Below, piece by piece: positions 45,279 to 48,821 of a DNA stretch of 48,821 bases (its first letter is position 1; every line of letters starts with the position of its first letter). The DNA lies in contig CACBWF010000002.1 in the NCBI GenBank assembly GCA_902542925.1, positions 1-48,821 of the forward strand, written 5' to 3'. Origin of the DNA: an uncultured Alphaproteobacteria bacterium. Its GTDB lineage: Bacteria; Pseudomonadota; Alphaproteobacteria; Methylaequorales; Methylaequoraceae. The notes below the pieces were generated by a model, which did no database searches, was not told the DNA's origin, and was given only the letters and a program-made list of their open reading frames with translations. Both the position numbers and the translations under genes were made by a program.

Positions 45279-46023
45279 TTTTTAAAACCTTTTTAAATTC
45301 TTTTTCAGATAGAACACCTAATCTAAAAGCTATTTCTTTGTAACCAACATCCTCATCACCGAGATTATGTCGAAATCTATCTTTATCAAGTTTTTTATTA
45401 GTGTTGATATCCCATAGCCTACAGTTATCAGGACTAATTTCATCTGCTAACATAATTATTAATTCATCGTTTTTCCACATTCGACCAAATTCAAGCTTAA
45501 AATCGATGAGCCTTACATTTATTGACATAAAATATCCAGATAAAAAATCGTTAATTCTCAATGATAGTGAAATAATTTCTTCTAATTCATGTTCAGTCGC
45601 CCACCCAAAGTTTAATATGTGTTCATCTGAAATTAAAGGGTCATTTAACTCATCTTTCTTATAAAAAAACTCCACAAGAGGTTTTGAAAGGACTTTACCT
45701 TCTTCTATGCCAAGTCTTTTTACAATTGATCCTGATGAAACATTTCTTATTACAACCTCAATAGGTATTATATCTAGTTTATAAATTACTTGCTCTCGCA
45801 TATTTATACGTTTAATAAAATGATTTGGTATGTTTAATTGAGATAATTTCGTCATTATTAATTCGGAAATAAAGTTATTTATTATTCCTTTACCTGGTAT
45901 AATAGATTTTTTTTTGTTATTGAAAGCTGTTGCATCATCTTTGAAGTGCTGAATTAATTCGTTAGGTTTAGCTGAACTAAAAATTTTCTTGGCTTTACCT
46001 TCATAAATAATCTCTTTTTTCAT
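45268..46023 (-). CDS. purC: SAICAR synthase
   Basis: 251 aa; YEGKAK N-terminus and LADEISPDNCRLWD. Confidence 0.93.
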   Translation of the reverse strand: MKKEIIYEGKAKKIFSSAKPNELIQHFKDDATAFNNKKKSIIPGKGIINNFISELIMTKLSQLNIPNHFIKRINMREQVIYKLDIIPIEVVIRNVSSGSIVKRLGIEEGKVLSKPLVEFFYKKDELNDPLISDEHILNFGWATEHELEEIISLSLRINDFLSGYFMSINVRLIDFKLEFGRMWKNDELIIMLADEISPDNCRLWDINTNKKLDKDRFRHNLGDEDVGYKEIAFRLGVLSEKEFKKVLKNEI

Positions 46024-46026
46024 AAC

Positions 46027-47319
46027 TTATTTTAATACTTTCTTGAATATTGAATTAAGGTTTTTGTAATGATAGTTAATATCAAATATTTCTTCTATTT
46101 CAGATTTACCTAAAAAACTATTTATATCATTGTCACTTAATAATAAATCTTTGAAACTTTTTTCAGTTTTCCAAGATCTCATTGCTATTTTTTGAACTTT
46201 TTTATAAGAATCTTCACGCGAAAGACCTTTTTTTACTAGCTCAAGCATTACTCGTTGTGAGTTATATAGATATTTTGTATTGTTTAGATTTTCATTCATT
46301 TTTCTTTTATCAACCACAAGTTTGTCTATAATATTTTTGATTCTACATATTGCAAAGTCAGTTAAAATTAAAATATCTGGACATAGAACTCTCTCAACAG
46401 ATGAATGGGAAATATCTCTTTCATGCCATAATGTAATATTTTCGACAAAAGGAATAACTGAATTTCTTATCATTCTAGATATCCCAGTTAAGTTTTCACT
46501 TAATACTGGGTTTCTTTTATGTGGCATTGCAGAGGAACCTTTTTGATTTTGGTCAAAGTATTCTTCAACTTCTCTAACTTCACTTCTTTGCAAGTGCCTA
46601 ATTTCTGTTGAAAGATTTTCAATGGATCCAGCCAATACAGCTAATACAGAAAATAAATAAGCATGTCTGTCCCGAGGAATGATTTGAGTTGAAACTAATT
46701 CAGATTTAAGTCCTAGCTTTTTTGCAACATATTTTTCAACAAATGGGTCTACATTTGCAAAAGTACCCACTGCACCAGAAATAGCACAAATAGAAATTTC
46801 ATTTTCTGCTTGTAATAACCTATCGTAACTTCTTTTGAATTCGCAATATTTTCCTAATAATTTTAAACCGAACGTAGTGGGCTCTGCAAATATTCCATGA
46901 CTTCTACCAATACAATTGTAATTTTTATATTTTTTTGCTTGTTTTTTTAAAATTGATAAGAAACTCTTTAGTTCTTTTTTTATAATCCCTATAGACTGTT
47001 TAATTTGGACTGATAAGCATGTATCTAAAATATCAGATGATGTTATTCCAAGGTGAATATATCTTGAATCTTCTCCTATATTCTCTGAGAGATTTGTCAA
47101 AAAAGCAATAACATCATGTTTTACTACTTTTTCAATTTCATCAATTCTTTTTATATCAAAAGATGAATATTTTTTTATATTGTCAAGTGATTTTTTTGGT
47201 ATATTTCCTAATTTCTGTTGTGCTTCGCAAATAAGTAGTTCTATTTGTAGCCAAATAGAAAACTTATTATGGGGATCCCAAATTTCTTTTAACTTATTTC
47301 TCGAATATCTAGGAATCAT
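46027..47319 (-). CDS. purB: Adenylosuccinate lyase
   Basis: 430 aa with fumarate-lyase signature GSSAMPHKRNP. Confidence 0.93.
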   Translation of the reverse strand: MIPRYSRNKLKEIWDPHNKFSIWLQIELLICEAQQKLGNIPKKSLDNIKKYSSFDIKRIDEIEKVVKHDVIAFLTNLSENIGEDSRYIHLGITSSDILDTCLSVQIKQSIGIIKKELKSFLSILKKQAKKYKNYNCIGRSHGIFAEPTTFGLKLLGKYCEFKRSYDRLLQAENEISICAISGAVGTFANVDPFVEKYVAKKLGLKSELVSTQIIPRDRHAYLFSVLAVLAGSIENLSTEIRHLQRSEVREVEEYFDQNQKGSSAMPHKRNPVLSENLTGISRMIRNSVIPFVENITLWHERDISHSSVERVLCPDILILTDFAICRIKNIIDKLVVDKRKMNENLNNTKYLYNSQRVMLELVKKGLSREDSYKKVQKIAMRSWKTEKSFKDLLLSDNDINSFLGKSEIEEIFDINYHYKNLNSIFKKVLK

Positions 47320-48113
47320 TGGTGATATGGTGGAAAGTAAAATTTCTTTTTTGACAAGGTAAATATCTCGGGCCCACTATTTTTGATTCCAATTGAATGT
47401 TCAAATTGGGCTGATAATTTTTTGTCAGATGTAACTGCAGTCCAACCATCACTCAGAACTTTTACTTTAAAGCTCCCTATATTTATCATAGGTTCAACAG
47501 TAAAAAACATTCCCTCTTTCAATAATTCTCCATCTCCCTCATTTCCAAAATGAAGAATACTAGGATTGTCATGAAACACCTCTCCCAAACCATGCCCACA
47601 AAAATCTCTAACCACAGAATAATTTTTCGATTCAGCAAATTTTTGTATTGCATTTCCAATGTCACCAGTTGTATTTCCAGGTTTAGCCATTTCAATTCCC
47701 CTCATCATAGCCTCATAGGTTGTTTCAATTAGTTTTTGAGCTTTTAGGCTTACTTTCCCAACATGAAACATTCTACTTGTATCTCCATGCCATCCATTCA
47801 ATATCGGTGTTACATCAATATTTATTATATCACCATTTTTTAAAATTTTTTTTCCTGGTATACCATGACAGACTACGTGATTTACAGAAGTGCAAACTGA
47901 TTTTGGAAAACCTTTATAGTTTAACGGAGCAGGAGTTGCTCCTCTTTTTACTTGAAAATTATGACATAAGTCATTTATCTTTTCAGTGGAAACACCAGGT
48001 TCAATGAAATCCGTTATATAATCAAGGCAATCAGCTGCAAGTTTTCCAGCTTCACGCATTTTTCCAAATGATTTTTCATCATGTATTTTAATTTTATTTA
48101 ATTCTTGTACCAT
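47316..48113 (-). CDS. map: Type I methionine aminopeptidase
   Basis: 265 aa with metal ligands in the DIINIDV, GHGLG and FTVEP motifs; ATGA overlap with purB. Confidence 0.95.
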   Translation of the reverse strand: MVQELNKIKIHDEKSFGKMREAGKLAADCLDYITDFIEPGVSTEKINDLCHNFQVKRGATPAPLNYKGFPKSVCTSVNHVVCHGIPGKKILKNGDIINIDVTPILNGWHGDTSRMFHVGKVSLKAQKLIETTYEAMMRGIEMAKPGNTTGDIGNAIQKFAESKNYSVVRDFCGHGLGEVFHDNPSILHFGNEGDGELLKEGMFFTVEPMINIGSFKVKVLSDGWTAVTSDKKLSAQFEHSIGIKNSGPEIFTLSKKKFYFPPYHQ

Positions 48114-48179
48114 ATAGAAATCTATCTTCAGAAATGAAGATATATAATAATTTAATTTTATGAATTAGTAAAAATATAA

Positions 48180-48821
48180 ATGAATTCAAAGAGAAAAAAG
48201 TCTGGTATTATAATTATTGGTGATGAAATCCTTTCTGGTCGAACTAAAGATACTAACTCAAACTTTATTATAACTAATTTATCAACTAGGGGCGTTGATG
48301 TTGAAGAGGTATCAATTATTAAAGATGAAGAATTTGAAATTATAAAAAAAGTAAAAGAATTTTCTTCAAAATTTGATTTTGTTTTTACAACCGGTGGTAT
48401 AGGACCAACTCACGACGATATTACAGCATTGAGTATTTCAAAAGCATTTAACCTGGAATATGAAATAAATATTACTGCAAAAAAACAATTAAAAAAACAC
48501 TACAATAAGCCTGGCGAACTTACAGAGGCAAGATTGAAAATGGCATATATGCCCAAAGGAGCCAATTTAATAGATAATCCAGTAAGTTTTGCACCTGGTT
48601 TCAATATTAAAAATATTTTTGTTTTTCCTGGTGTTCCTCAAATCATGGAGTCCATGTTCTTAGAATTTGTAGATACTATTACAGAAAATAGATCAATACC
48701 ACAGGTAAGTATAAGCACAATTCTATCTGAGGGTGTTATTGCTGATTTTATTGGAAAAATTCAAAAAGAAAACATTAATGTCAAAATAGGGAGTTATCCG
48801 TATTTTAAAGATGGAGATTTT
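48180..48821 (+). CDS. CinA-like / molybdopterin-binding (MoCF_biosynth) domain protein, 3' end outside the window
   Basis: ATG at 48180, open to the window edge (214 codons). IIIGDEILSGRTKDTNS and TTGGIGPTHDDIT motifs. Absent from the track because no stop is reached. Confidence 0.8.
   Translation, partial: MNSKRKKSGIIIIGDEILSGRTKDTNSNFIITNLSTRGVDVEEVSIIKDEEFEIIKKVKEFSSKFDFVFTTGGIGPTHDDITALSISKAFNLEYEINITAKKQLKKHYNKPGELTEARLKMAYMPKGANLIDNPVSFAPGFNIKNIFVFPGVPQIMESMFLEFVDTITENRSIPQVSISTILSEGVIADFIGKIQKENINVKIGSYPYFKDGDF

Noticed and set aside
1-48821. CRISPR arrays, rRNA genes, IS elements, retron- or CBASS-type modules
   Set aside because: Reading through both strands I found no regularly spaced 24-40 nt repeats and no rRNA-like conserved blocks. 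I also found no transposase, reverse-transcriptase, cyclase or Cas-like translations. This was a manual scan, so short or degenerate elements could be missed.

Overview
This is a very AT-rich (by eye about 30% G+C or lower), extremely gene-dense bacterial chromosome segment. Gene content and order fit a streamlined marine alphaproteobacterium of the SAR11/Pelagibacterales type: murA-hisG-hisD, infA-maf, glmU-glmS, stand-alone rpsD, and grxD-bolA-purL-purQ-purS-purC-purB-map. That assignment is an inference from composition and synteny; no database search was possible, and all product calls rest on motifs I recognise in the supplied translations. About 40 kb is ordinary core metabolism and translation, packed with 0-15 nt spacers and many ATGA/TAATG start-stop overlaps. 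It also holds two tRNAs (Phe-GAA and a Thr-GGU with an odd T-loop). The left edge sits in a surface-glycan cluster. The exception is the ~8 kb between glmS (ends 20910) and cysS (starts 29051), which holds about 20 short ORFs, eight strand switches and several exported Cys-containing mini-proteins. Worth a second look there: (1) a degenerate second copy of the glmS 3' terminus 2.35 kb downstream of the real one, still encoding SVTVE with only synonymous changes, bracketing a small cassette like an att direct repeat; (2) inside that cassette, a fusion I read as a DUF3427-like domain plus an HNH_2 nuclease, a candidate single-protein modification-dependent restriction or defence enzyme, flanked by a recombinase-type HTH ORF coupled to the glmS stop and by a small overlapping ORF; (3) an ORF missing from the supplied track that encodes a 49-aa peptide with 14 Cys (six CC doublets at 5-residue spacing), metallothionein-like; (4) a GGGGGGAG/CTCCCCCC long hairpin in a 1.4 kb low-coding stretch; (5) a CGCG mini-protein, a zinc ribbon and an SRAP/YedK gene, two paralogous exported proteins and an exported M23 peptidase. 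I recognised no CRISPR array, rRNA, transposase, integrase or phage structural gene. I cannot demonstrate a complete novel multi-gene system from sequence alone; the glmS-proximal cassette and the Cys-rich peptide are the best candidates.
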